Assembly: GCA_043803745.1 (NCBI GenBank)
Contig: JAZDJS010000002.1
Span: 12,235 to 76,234 of the forward strand
From: an archaeon
GTDB taxonomy: Archaea; SpSt-1190; DYHY01
Reading direction: 5' to 3'
DNA: 64,000 bases
Made by a program: the position numbers and the translations under genes. Positions 1 to 9,400 of this stretch are shown here, piece by piece. The first letter of the stretch is position 1; the number at the start of each line of letters is the position of its first letter. The notes beneath the pieces were generated by a model that did no database searches, was not told the origin of the DNA, and saw only the letters and a list, made by a program, of their open reading frames with translations.

Positions 1-273
1 ATCTATCGCTCCCTGAAGGACCTTGTCCTCAAGGGGAAGCTCCACTCATATACCTGCGACAGAAAGGCGGTTTATTCCCTGACTGAACGGGTTCATTGCC
101 ATTTCACCTGCAAAATATGCAAGAAAGCAGGCCACCTGAAACTGAGAAACATCAATTTCCTCGAGAACGAGCTGAAGATGGGAATCTGCCATTTGCAGAT
201 AGATGTCACCGGAATCTGCGAAACCTGCCAAAAAAGCACGAATTTCACGAATGATCTCCTTTCGCTTGGTTAG
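1..273 (+). CDS. Fur-family metal-responsive transcriptional regulator, C-terminal part (5' end lies outside the window)
   Basis: Frame-1 translation IYRSLKDLVLKGKLHSYTCDRKAVYSLTERVHCHFTCKICKKAGHL...GICHLQIDVTGICETCQKS, stop at 271-273. The H-C-H-x2-C-x2-C cluster plus a C-x2-C pair fits the Fur/Zur/PerR C-terminal metal site. The listed antisense ORF 46..408 is a shadow frame. Confidence 0.7.
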   Translation: MYRSLKDLVLKGKLHSYTCDRKAVYSLTERVHCHFTCKICKKAGHLKLRNINFLENELKMGICHLQIDVTGICETCQKSTNFTNDLLSLG

Positions 274-581
274 TTGCGGCGCCAGCGAACCCCAGAATAT
301 CCGATTGAGTTTGGATCTTCCATTCCGTCCTTCCGCAAGGAGACTCTCTTGAAAACGCTCATCATATCTGCTTTCCAAGGCATTTCCCGCCGTTCTTTGG
401 TTGAGCAAGCGAATGCCGACGTATGTACGGAGAATATACAGCAGTATACCGCGACCGGTGAAAAAACCTGCTTGGCAAAGTTTCCGCCGGATGCAGTTTC
501 ATATATTTTTGGGCTCTTGCTTGTATCAGGGAAGCTCCTACTAAGTCTCCCACAAAAGCAGGCAAATATGATAAAGCAAGT

Positions 582-2423
582 TCACACCGGATGGGTTGCG
601 GGCTCTGCCAGGTCTGATTGTCGCTCCGCCTTCACCCTTTCCGTGACTTCGCGGACGTTCTCAGCCGCCCTTGCACGGACCTCTTTGTAGGGAAGCCCCG
701 TCAGCAGCTCAACAACTTCCGGCACGGCCCTGACGCCGGCAACGACGAACCTGCCGCTCTCGCAGCCATTAATGACCTCGTCAGGAAGCCTGAGATGCTC
801 CAGGTTTCCGTACGGGATTGCCGCAATGCGCGGTTCCTTCCGGCGTCCCTTTCCGGTTTTCCTCCACCACCCGTCAACCTTCTCGTTGACTCCGCCGATA
901 ATGCCGATTGTCCCGTCAACGTTGACCTCGCCCGTGACAGCAATTGGCTGAACTGGCAGGCCGGCAAGCTCGCACTCCCAGAGCGCTGCCATCAATGCCG
1001 AGGAGCTAGGCCCCCTCAGGCTGTCCGGCCCGTGATGGCTTGCTTCAAGCAGAAAATACTCTATCCCCTCGCCATACTGATGTTTCAGATACATGAGGGC
1101 GTCCTCGCCGGATTTCCTCAGAGCGCTGTCCTCATACGGCTCCGCGTTCCATTCGGTGGTCACGCGTATCCCTCCGGCCTTGGAAGGCAGGGTCAGGACA
1201 TCCATTTCTCCGGCGCCCCCGACATTTATTTCGCCGTCATCCGACCGCATGACATACATGTAGATTCCCTTGCCCCGGGCGGGACAGGTCCTCCTGGCAG
1301 GCTTCTCTCTCAGGAGCTTTAGGAAACTGTCCAAGCGCCCGTCAATGACGCCCGAGATATCCGGCTTGCCTATTTCATCCCGCTCATCCTTCTTGGCTTT
1401 CGCAGCTGCCAGGCGCACCAAGCTCTCATATAGCAGCAGCTCCGTTGCAATATGCCCTTCCGCGTCCCGCTTAATCCTGTCAACGAAGAATGCGCCCGCT
1501 TCGGGAGTTGCCTGCATTCCGGCAATTTGCTCCATCCACCTGTGGATTGCGCGCCTTTCCCCTTTCTCATCGGGGACAAGCCCGCTCAACGCAGATATCT
1601 GGTATTTGGTATCCTTCGGAAAGCTGAAGAGGGGGCTCTCGCCCCCGTAATAGACAACAACCATCCTGAACTCGACCGGAACTTTGATATTCGCGCCATC
1701 CACAACATCAGTGTAATACCTTTTTGAGAAAGCCTTTCCTATTTCAGTAAAGTCCCAAGTGTATAGATTGTCCGTCCCGTTGACCAGAAGGATTCCGTTG
1801 TGGGGAAGAAGATGGAATACTGGAGGAAGCACCTTTTCCCGTTTCTCATTAACGGGATGGGTCAGGCTGAATCCTCCCGGGCTCACCCCGCGGCCCGGGT
1901 CATATTCAACAACCCGCGGGCAGGTGTCGTCCTTGTAGACAATGAGGTTTGCGTCCGAACAGCCCGGGGTTGTCCAGAGAGAAATGAATTCCTCAATAAG
2001 GTTCTCTTCCTTGCGGAAGTCTTCATAAGGAGCAAGGTCGGGCAGCACCCCGGCCTTCACTTTCGCAACATCAGCCTCAAGCCGTTCGGCAATCTTCGGG
2101 CTTATTGGCACAGCGTCGTAAAATTCCTTATCGGATTTGCCATAAACAAGCGCGGCATGGGCATAGGGGCGCTCTCCTTCCTTCTCTACGCGGGCCTTGA
2201 GAAAATCCATTACAACATGATACGCCTCTTTCTGTTCAAGGCCGAGGCATATTATCGGGACCGCCTGCCCATCAAGACCCGCTTCAATGCTTTCCAGAAT
2301 CGGGCCCATGCCGGGATATGCGGGTCCCTTTCCAACAGGTGAGAACTCGGACGGCTTTGTAAGGTTCTTCCTCATCCTAGCTGAGGATATGGCATACTTG
2401 CCGACCGGGTCGAAATCAGGCAT
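582..2423 (-). CDS. Lon-family (S16) serine protease with a degenerate, P-loop-less AAA+-like N-terminal region
   Basis: C-terminal Lon proteolytic-domain signature RGPSSSALMAALWECELAGLPVQPIAVTGEVNVDGTIGIIGGVNEKV (Ser and Lys contexts present). The N-terminal ~400 aa has AAA-like strands (NGILLVNGTDNL, VPVEFRMVVVYYGG) but no GxxGxGK[ST] anywhere. ATG at 2423. Confidence 0.75.
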   Translation of the reverse strand: MPDFDPVGKYAISSARMRKNLTKPSEFSPVGKGPAYPGMGPILESIEAGLDGQAVPIICLGLEQKEAYHVVMDFLKARVEKEGERPYAHAALVYGKSDKEFYDAVPISPKIAERLEADVAKVKAGVLPDLAPYEDFRKEENLIEEFISLWTTPGCSDANLIVYKDDTCPRVVEYDPGRGVSPGGFSLTHPVNEKREKVLPPVFHLLPHNGILLVNGTDNLYTWDFTEIGKAFSKRYYTDVVDGANIKVPVEFRMVVVYYGGESPLFSFPKDTKYQISALSGLVPDEKGERRAIHRWMEQIAGMQATPEAGAFFVDRIKRDAEGHIATELLLYESLVRLAAAKAKKDERDEIGKPDISGVIDGRLDSFLKLLREKPARRTCPARGKGIYMYVMRSDDGEINVGGAGEMDVLTLPSKAGGIRVTTEWNAEPYEDSALRKSGEDALMYLKHQYGEGIEYFLLEASHHGPDSLRGPSSSALMAALWECELAGLPVQPIAVTGEVNVDGTIGIIGGVNEKVDGWWRKTGKGRRKEPRIAAIPYGNLEHLRLPDEVINGCESGRFVVAGVRAVPEVVELLTGLPYKEVRARAAENVREVTERVKAERQSDLAEPATHPV

Positions 2424-2447
2424 ACCTTGAAATTATAGTAGTGACTA

Positions 2448-2458
2448 CTTTATAATAG
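2448..2458 (-). promoter_or_regulatory. TATA-like box for the Lon-like gene
   Basis: Minus-strand CTATTATAAAG lies about 25-35 nt upstream of the ATG at 2423, the same spacing seen at many other genes in the window. Confidence 0.5.
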
Positions 2459-2643
2459 CTTCTAAGTTCGAATCAGGCTGCGTTGAAGACAGCGACGCCC
2501 CCGCAGGCGTCCTGACAAATTCATCCCATATACGCGAGTGCCGAATCCAGAGAACAGGCCCCTGCTGAAGGTTTTCAGCGAAGGCTACTACACCCTGCTT
2601 GAGACGCCCGCTGCCGGGCAACCGCCCCGCGAGCCCTAAACTG

Positions 2644-2652
2644 ATTTAAACC
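2644..2652 (+). promoter_or_regulatory. TATA-like box (ATTTAAACC) for the DUF21-CBS gene
   Basis: The box starts 28 nt upstream of the ATG at 2673. The motif TTTAAACCGCTC recurs at 29607 in front of another gene. Confidence 0.5.
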
Positions 2653-2672
2653 GCTCTCCTTCAGCAAACGGG

Positions 2673-3644
2673 ATGTTTCCCGTTTACTTCGAGGTCTTGC
2701 TGCTCTTCGTATTCGTGGCAATCTCCGCATTTTTCGCCGCGGGAGAAGTCGCGTTTCTTTCCATTTCTCCGGTGAGGCTCCACCTCATCTCCGAGAACGG
2801 GACTCCCGGTTCGGAAAGCCTCTCCCGTCTCCGGGCGAACCGGAGGAAGGTCGTTATTTCCCTCCTGATAGGCGGAAATGTCGCGAATGTTGCGGCGTCC
2901 GCCCTTGCGACAAGCGCAGCTATGAAGCTTTTCGGAGATGCCGGGATAGGGGTTGCGGTCGGGCTGATGAGCTTCATTCTCCTGACCTTCGGCGACATTG
3001 CCCCGAAGAGCGCCGCGACCTCCTACGGGGAAAAAATAGCTCTTTCGTTCGCCCCATTCATCGAGATTTTCTACAAGGTTTCCTATCCGCTCGTAACGAT
3101 TTTCGAGGCGATAAATCGCCTGATTCCCTGGACATATTCCACAGCAACCGGGATAGAGAAGTTTGGCGAGGAGGATGTTCTTTCCGCAGTGAAGCTCGGG
3201 GCGAAGCACAAAGGGATATCCGAGAAGGAGCTCAGGCTGATTGAGAACGTCCTGAAATTCAACGACAAGCCGGTTTCGGTCGCGATGACCCCCAAGTCGA
3301 AGCTGGTCTGCCTTCTTTCTGAATTGCCCGTTTCCAAGGCCCACCACAGGGCGGTTTCCGGCAAGTATTCCCGGCTTCCCGTAATCAACAGGCAGAACAA
3401 GATAGTCGGGATTGTTTCAGTCAAGCATTTGGGAAGGGTTGTCTATGAAATCCCCGGGAAAACCGTAGGGGAAGTCTGCTACACCCCGACGATATTCAAG
3501 GCAACCGAAAAGCTCCACACCGCGTTCGAGAAACTCCAGTCAGCCGGGATGAGCATCGCCCTTGTTGCGGACCCGCACGGGGAATTCGCCGGAATGGTCA
3601 CCTTGGAAGATATTCTTGAGGAGATTGTCGGGGAGCTTGAATAA
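2673..3644 (+). CDS. DUF21 + CBS-pair membrane protein (CNNM/CorC/TlyC-type putative Mg2+/Co2+ efflux family), lacking the CorC_HlyC C-terminal domain
   Basis: Four N-terminal hydrophobic helices (FEVLLLFVFVAISAFFAAGEVAFLS..., GGNVANVAASALAT...). These are followed by two CBS-like modules (VSVAMTPKSKLVCL...PVINRQNKIVGIVSVKHL; ...IALVADPHGEFAGMVTLEDILEEIVGE). Confidence 0.75.
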   Translation: MFPVYFEVLLLFVFVAISAFFAAGEVAFLSISPVRLHLISENGTPGSESLSRLRANRRKVVISLLIGGNVANVAASALATSAAMKLFGDAGIGVAVGLMSFILLTFGDIAPKSAATSYGEKIALSFAPFIEIFYKVSYPLVTIFEAINRLIPWTYSTATGIEKFGEEDVLSAVKLGAKHKGISEKELRLIENVLKFNDKPVSVAMTPKSKLVCLLSELPVSKAHHRAVSGKYSRLPVINRQNKIVGIVSVKHLGRVVYEIPGKTVGEVCYTPTIFKATEKLHTAFEKLQSAGMSIALVADPHGEFAGMVTLEDILEEIVGELE

Positions 3645-3694
3645 ATTCAATCTTCGGGAAGGTTTCAAAAGGCAAAAACTTTCTTGCGTTCTCA

Positions 3695-6427
3695 TCATTT
3701 CTTCCTGAGGAAAAGGAACCAGATTCCGGCAAGAACCGCAAGAATCCCGACACCAATCAACGCATAGGAAACAACCGGGGGAAGCCCAAGGAACATCCCC
3801 GTCGGGAGCTTGGCGCCCCCTTCAGTAGACGTTTCCGAGCCAGCTCCTTCTTCAGGGGATTCGATTGTCGTGGTTGTTGCTTCAGGCTGAGTCGCAATTG
3901 TTGTAGTGGCGGCGACCGCAGCGGTTCCTTCCTCGGCCTCAGCAGCCGGCTTGGCTGGTTCTTCCGAACCAATCCCGACTATTGAAAAATATGAGAATCC
4001 CGGGGACTGTGCAGCAAGCAAAACATAGCCCGCCTCTTCTCCGGTTATCCGGGTTTCGAGCTGGGTCCACTCCCCGGAATCCTCAAGATATCTGTAAAGG
4101 AACGCGTCATCGTTCCCAAGCCAGCCCTTTCCGACCCGGAAGCTTATTTCCGCGTTTCCCGAAAGGATTGAGGAGTTCACCCTGTTGGGGATTATTGTGA
4201 CGTTTTGGTATATCCTCCCGGCCTCGAAAAGCCCGTCGAAGGAAACCCCGGACGGGAACTTGTCAAGCTTCCTGACGAGGATTGTCGCGTTCGAAACGTT
4301 CTCGCTTGGCGTGAAGGATATCCTCGAGATTGCAAGGCCCGCGCTTGTGTCAAGGTCAAGGTTTGCCTTAACCCCGGAAACAAGTTCAGGAATGAAGCCG
4401 ACGGAATCGACAGTCACAAGGCCGCCGCCTCCGCCTCCGCCACCCCCTCCGCCGGCACCACCACCCCCGCCGCCCTCCCCGCCACCGCCGGAAATAGTGG
4501 TCGTGGTAACTGGCGGAGCGCCCGAGCCTCCGATGCCATATGTGCTAAGATGGCTCAAGTTGGCCCAGACATAGCTTCCGGCTGAATTGACGCCGGAGCC
4601 ATAAACCTGGATTGTCTCGTTACCGCAGGAGATTGCCCCGGAATTCGGGAGGATTGCCCATTCCCCGCTTGCCTTGCAATAGCGCAGGATTCTCAGGGAT
4701 TCGGGGAGTATTTCGCTTATCCCGTCCCCGTCGGAATCAAGGTCCGAAACTGAATAATGCAGCTTCAGCAGGAAATATGCATAGGAAGAGTCGGAAAGGT
4801 TCCCTGAAAGATTGAAATCGAAGAACCTGTCGACTGAGACAAGCCCCCCGAGCCAGTATTCGAAGGAAGTGTCGTTCGTCTCCGGCTCAAGAGCGCCCGG
4901 GTTGTTGCTTGAAGTTATTGTGAGGTTCGCTTTTCCGGATGCGAGCGGCAAAACTTCCAATTCTGCTCCGGTGGCAATCAGCGATTCGTTGAAGAATGCC
5001 GTCGTGTTTGCAGTCAGGTTTTTCCCCGACTGGCTTGCAGGGAAATATGCATAGAAAATCCTCTCGAAAACTACCTTGTTCGAAAGGGAATCCTGGGCGG
5101 CGATTGTCAGGTTGTTCTTCCCGGAAGCATAGTCAAGGCTCCTCGAGAAGTTGCCCGTGCCTGAAAGGGAGAACCCAAGGGCGCCGTTGAGGTAAACCTG
5201 CGCTGAAACCGGGTTGTCATCGGAAATCGTGCCCTCGATTGTGTTGTTGAGGAACGAGACATTCGCTCCCTGGGCCGGCTTTGAGATGCTTATCTGCGGA
5301 GCCTGGATGTCGACGAAGAATTCAGTCCAGCTAGAGCCGAGATTCAGCGAGGAATCCCAGGCATAGACCGCAAGCGAGTGCGCCCCGTGGGAAAGCGCGC
5401 CAATTGTCATGTTCATGCCCGAAAGGCTCATGTTGGGTCCGCCGTCAAGAGAATATTTGGCAATCGGAACCGGTTCGCTGGCAGACCAGCTCAGCTGCAC
5501 CGGAGTTCCCGGGCCAAGCATTCCAGCCGGAGAATAGATTGCTATTGTCGGAGCCGTAACATCCCCCCCGGTCTGGTATGAAAAGGTTGCCGTTGCGCTC
5601 CCTATCGTTCCCTCCGAGCTGCTTGCATAGAAAATCAATTTGTGGACTCCCTGCGAAATGTTTGTGATGTTCTGCTCAAAGGGACTGGTTGGAGCGAAAG
5701 GACCGACGCTTTTTCCGTCAAGGGCATACCAAATCTGGGAGATTTCTGGGAGATTTGAGACAATTCCCCTGAACCTCACAGGAAGGATTGCAGTCTTGAA
5801 AAGGTCGGCAGGGGTTTCAATTGAAACCTGCGGAACGGAGAACGAGACTGTCTTTCCGAAAATTTCCCAGTTGCCGTTCCGGTCGTCCGACCAGAGGACG
5901 AAAGCGGTGTTGTTCGAAAACCTGACTGACGGATTCTTGGCGCGCCCAGAACCTCCGGCTATGTTGGCTGAGGTTCCGGAGTAAAGCGTTCCATCGGAGG
6001 ATTTGAAGAGGCCGTAGTAAATTGCCGGCATCCCTTCCTTCTCAGTGCTTATCCAGGCGAGATGGATTCTTCCAAGCGGGTCAAGGAAAGCCGAGATTTC
6101 GTGGATTGCGCCCTTGCCGGTTGTCACAAGGGTCGCGTTCAGAATGGACTTCCCATTGGAATCGTATTTTTTCATCAATATTGCCGAGCCGGTTGCCGAA
6201 GGAATTGTTGTCGTGGTGGCTGCAAAGGATTTTATCTCAGTCAGGTTCTGCACAAAGATAACATATGCGTTGTCGCTGCTGTCGGAAAGTATCTGCTGAT
6301 TGCTGCCAGTTCCAGCAACGATTTCAGGCGACCACTCCCCGGAGCCGAGCGCGAACCCGGCTGAAAAAAGCGAAGTGAGCAGGATGACTGAAACCAGGAG
6401 CAAGAAAGCAAGCAGAGATTTTCTCAT
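3695..6427 (-). CDS. Secreted, C-terminally membrane-anchored surface protein with a PGF-pre-PGF domain
   Basis: I prefer the start at the second ATG (6427, MRKSLLAFLLLVSVILLTSLFSAGFALG, a signal peptide). It overlaps the stop of the upstream giant ORF as ATGA (6424-6427). One Ca-binding DLDSDGDG motif and a poly-Gly hinge are present. The PGF-pre-PGF-like block reads ...ISFRVGKGWLGNDDAFLYRYLEDSGEWTQLETRI...AAQSPGFSYFSIVG. A T/E/A-rich stalk and a terminal TM helix plus RKK follow. The track ORF extends to 6460. Confidence 0.8.
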   Translation of the reverse strand: MRKSLLAFLLLVSVILLTSLFSAGFALGSGEWSPEIVAGTGSNQQILSDSSDNAYVIFVQNLTEIKSFAATTTTIPSATGSAILMKKYDSNGKSILNATLVTTGKGAIHEISAFLDPLGRIHLAWISTEKEGMPAIYYGLFKSSDGTLYSGTSANIAGGSGRAKNPSVRFSNNTAFVLWSDDRNGNWEIFGKTVSFSVPQVSIETPADLFKTAILPVRFRGIVSNLPEISQIWYALDGKSVGPFAPTSPFEQNITNISQGVHKLIFYASSSEGTIGSATATFSYQTGGDVTAPTIAIYSPAGMLGPGTPVQLSWSASEPVPIAKYSLDGGPNMSLSGMNMTIGALSHGAHSLAVYAWDSSLNLGSSWTEFFVDIQAPQISISKPAQGANVSFLNNTIEGTISDDNPVSAQVYLNGALGFSLSGTGNFSRSLDYASGKNNLTIAAQDSLSNKVVFERIFYAYFPASQSGKNLTANTTAFFNESLIATGAELEVLPLASGKANLTITSSNNPGALEPETNDTSFEYWLGGLVSVDRFFDFNLSGNLSDSSYAYFLLKLHYSVSDLDSDGDGISEILPESLRILRYCKASGEWAILPNSGAISCGNETIQVYGSGVNSAGSYVWANLSHLSTYGIGGSGAPPVTTTTISGGGGEGGGGGGAGGGGGGGGGGGLVTVDSVGFIPELVSGVKANLDLDTSAGLAISRISFTPSENVSNATILVRKLDKFPSGVSFDGLFEAGRIYQNVTIIPNRVNSSILSGNAEISFRVGKGWLGNDDAFLYRYLEDSGEWTQLETRITGEEAGYVLLAAQSPGFSYFSIVGIGSEEPAKPAAEAEEGTAAVAATTTIATQPEATTTTIESPEEGAGSETSTEGGAKLPTGMFLGLPPVVSYALIGVGILAVLAGIWFLFLRKK
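4421..4492. repeat. Low-complexity (GCC/GCCNCC)n tract encoding a poly-glycine hinge
   Basis: The plus strand reads gccgccgcctccgcctccgccaccccctccgccggcaccaccacccccgccgccctccccgccaccgccgg. On the coding (minus) strand this translates to SGGGGEGGGGGGAGGGGGGGGGGGL. Confidence 0.9.
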
Positions 6428-9400
6428 TCCGCAGGCACCACCTGCGATGGAAGGAACCATCGCTCTTGGTACACGTCAGTGTCCGCATAAGCTGTTTTCA
6501 GAGCATCCAGGCTCATTGCCGAGGGTATTATCCCGGTGTTGAACTCGAAGATGAAGACGATCCCCTCGGGACCGGCTGCCAGGTGGTCGAAGGGACCCTG
6601 CTCAACATCGATTATGTCGTAGTGATTCAGGAGCTTGAGCGGCGCCCAGATTGCATAGTAGGTTGCATACCAGGTCGGTATTATGACTGCTGCGGGAGGG
6701 AAGGCAATGCTTGCAACCGAGAAGCCGATGCCGATTCCCGTTGCCGCGACATCCTCGTAGGCGGCCTTCTTCATTATCGGGTCCTCGGTTGTCCTTGCGG
6801 TGTAAATCTGGTAGCCCATTTTCGCAACATCAAGGCCGAGCATCACTGCGTCGGTAACTCCGACATGCACGAACTTTCCGGGCACGTTCGGCGGTAGGAA
6901 TGACCTTTGGAAGATTCCGAAGGAAACCTTCCCTCCGGAAGCGCCCTGCAAGGTGTTCTTGATTGTCCGCATCTTCCATCCGAACTTCCCGAAATCCGCA
7001 ATCGCGCTCTTGTGGTCGTAGAGATAGTTCGCTATCTTGTAGATTATTACCTGCTTGTAATTGCCGGTGATAAGGCTCGAGACTATTATCGACTCCGCAT
7101 TGGTCACTGTCGCGACGGTCCCAGGGGCGAATTTGGTTATTTCCGCCTTGATTGAATTGAACCTCGGGTCAGTCAGGAACTCGGAAGTGCTGATGTCGTT
7201 TATCGTGACCGTTATCGCCCGGACAATCGTTGTCTCAAGGTCGGGCGTGGAGGTCTTCTTCGCATCGTTCCTTGTCACCGAGTATTTCGTCTGGTTGTTC
7301 TTGGTTATCGTGACGAACGTTTCGTTCGACGTTGTCGAAGCCGCTGCGAACGGCTCCATGTCGAGGGCGCCGAAGGAACTGTAGAACCTGGTCGTCCTCC
7401 TGGTTTCTTTGATTGAGTTCCTCGAGGGCAGGCTGTTGTTGAGCGAATCGTTGTAGTAGAATTCCCATTTGGGGGAAACCGCGCTCCAGTTCAGGGAGCT
7501 TGCTGTGAAGGAAACGTCCGCTTCCGATGAGCCTATCAGGACAACCCCGGAATAGCCGCCCAAGGAGGTTGAGTTGAAGAACTGCGTTACGTTCTCAGGC
7601 GCGCCATTGTAGACGAAGAGCTTGTACGGGCCGACTGTCGCGTTCCCTGTCGGATATGTCTGGATGTTCGCCGGCAGGGCTGAATTGATTGCCGAGACGT
7701 TCGCCGAGAGGTTCGTGACAAGCGAGAATGAATAGTCGTCGGTTGTCTTGGCAAGCGCGCCCGCCTTGATGTTCCGGGCGTTCATCGGGATTCTGGATAT
7801 TTTCCCGCCGGTGACGTTGATGTAAATCGGAGAAAGGTAGATGACGTAGCCGGGTTTCTCGATTTTCTCCTTAGGGAGGTTTATCGTGAATTCGTAGGAA
7901 TGCCTTGTCGTTACATATTCAAGGGTCCGCCCGATTGAGATTCCGCTCATGACCCCTGTGCCCCAGGAGAATTCCCCGTCATAAAGGGCATAGTCGATTG
8001 CCGGGACAAGATAATTCTCGGAATCGTTTGAAACCGATTTGTCGAGCGCGGGGTCGACTGAAATCTGGAGGGTTACGTGCTGGTTTTTTCCGGGCTCGAG
8101 CTTTATCGGGGCTTCGGCATACCAGTATTTCATCTCAGGGTCCCCGATGCTTGCGGCTTCGTAAGTCGGCACCCAGCCCTTGCCCTCAACCATGTATGCG
8201 TCCCTGCCGTTCCCGAGCATCACGGTATAGGCGCGTCCGGTCAAATCATAGCTTATCTTGTAAGTCGGATAGGGGTCAAGGTTGCTGTAGTAGAAATAAT
8301 CCCGGGTATAGCTTATCGAATAATGCCTGTCGCCGCCCTCGTAAAAGACGACGCCGTCGGTCGTGTTCTCAACCCGGTAAATCCAGCTGTCAAGGCCGTA
8401 GTTCACCCCTTCTTCAATCGTGTTTGTCCTTGATGCCAAATCGGTCGGGCTGTTCCTGACGCCGTTCTCCCCAAGCTCCACAACCTCGTTCCTGTTGCAA
8501 GAGGTCAAGCCCCAGTCGCCGCAGTCGATTCTGTGGGAATGCCCGTCAAGGAACCAGAGATATTGCTTCGATTCATAGTACAGGGTTCCGGGCCTGAAAA
8601 CATCCGACCACGGGTAGGAAGTCTCAAGGTTCGCGTTCGGGAGCAGGTCGTAGGTGTCAATTATCCCGTCCCCGTCGCTGTCCGAGCGGATTGGGTTAGT
8701 CCCTTTGGCAAGCTCCTCCCCGTCGCTTATCCCGTCATCATCGCTGTCAGCGTCAAGCGGGCTTGAATAGCTTAGCTCTTCCTCGGGGAACTCCCTGTTA
8801 GTGAAAATCCACCTTCCCCATCCCTCTTCCGCCCCATCCTTGATGCCGTCGGAATCGGTGTCAGTGTTGCTGTAATTGAGCCCCTGCTTGTAGGCAAGAA
8901 TCCTGTGAACCTCGACATAATCGAAGCCGGGAACGTTCGGGCCAATTGTTATGTCATAGACGCCTCCTGGGAGGTATCCTTCGTAGAACGTCCTGTGCTC
9001 GGGAACAAGATATGTGTTGCCTGCTATTGTTGTCCCGTTGCCATCCGAAATATTGAAGTAAATGCTTCCCTCAGTATCCAATCCTGTGAGGTTGAGCCGG
9101 TACATTCCCCCGAAGTTCAGCGTTAGCGTGACGTTGACCGAGGTTGCCCCGTAAAGCTTGACGCCCTTCACATCCCTGAATCCGTTCCAATAGGTGAGGA
9201 CATCGCCGATTGTCGGGGCATAGTCGCCCAGTTCGGCCGAGTCGGCGAGGAACCAGCCCTTGAGCTCGTCCTTGTCCCAGATCCCGTCGTTGTCGGAATC
9301 CTTCCCTCCGACGGGGTTCGTTCCGTAGATGGCGACTTCTTCCCCGTCCCAGACGCCGTCCGAGTCCGAGTCGAAGTTCAAGGGGTTCGTTTCGCTCTGC

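Noticed and set aside
46-408. 120-aa minus-strand ORF at the window start
   Set aside because: It runs antisense to a plus-strand frame that carries clear Fur-family Cys/His metal-site motifs and ends at 273. The antisense translation has no recognisable motif and is most likely a shadow ORF.
274-581. 308-nt convergent spacer between the fur-like and Lon-like genes; checked for a small RNA (C/D-box sRNA, tRNA)
   Set aside because: A UGAUGA string occurs on the minus strand (359-365), but no CUGA D box follows within sRNA distance. There is no tRNA-like T-arm either. The ORFs here (274..690, 362..565) look like noise. The region is left unassigned.
582-2423. Lon-like protein as BrxL of a BREX defence system
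   Set aside because: No PglZ, PglX methyltransferase, BrxC-like ATPase or other BREX components lie anywhere near it. The neighbours are a Fur-like regulator and a CBS-domain transporter.
2468-2482. GTTCGAATC, identical to a tRNA T-loop consensus
   Set aside because: The flanking pentamers (ctaag / caggc) cannot form a T-stem. The upstream sequence is an AT-rich promoter region, not D or anticodon arms.
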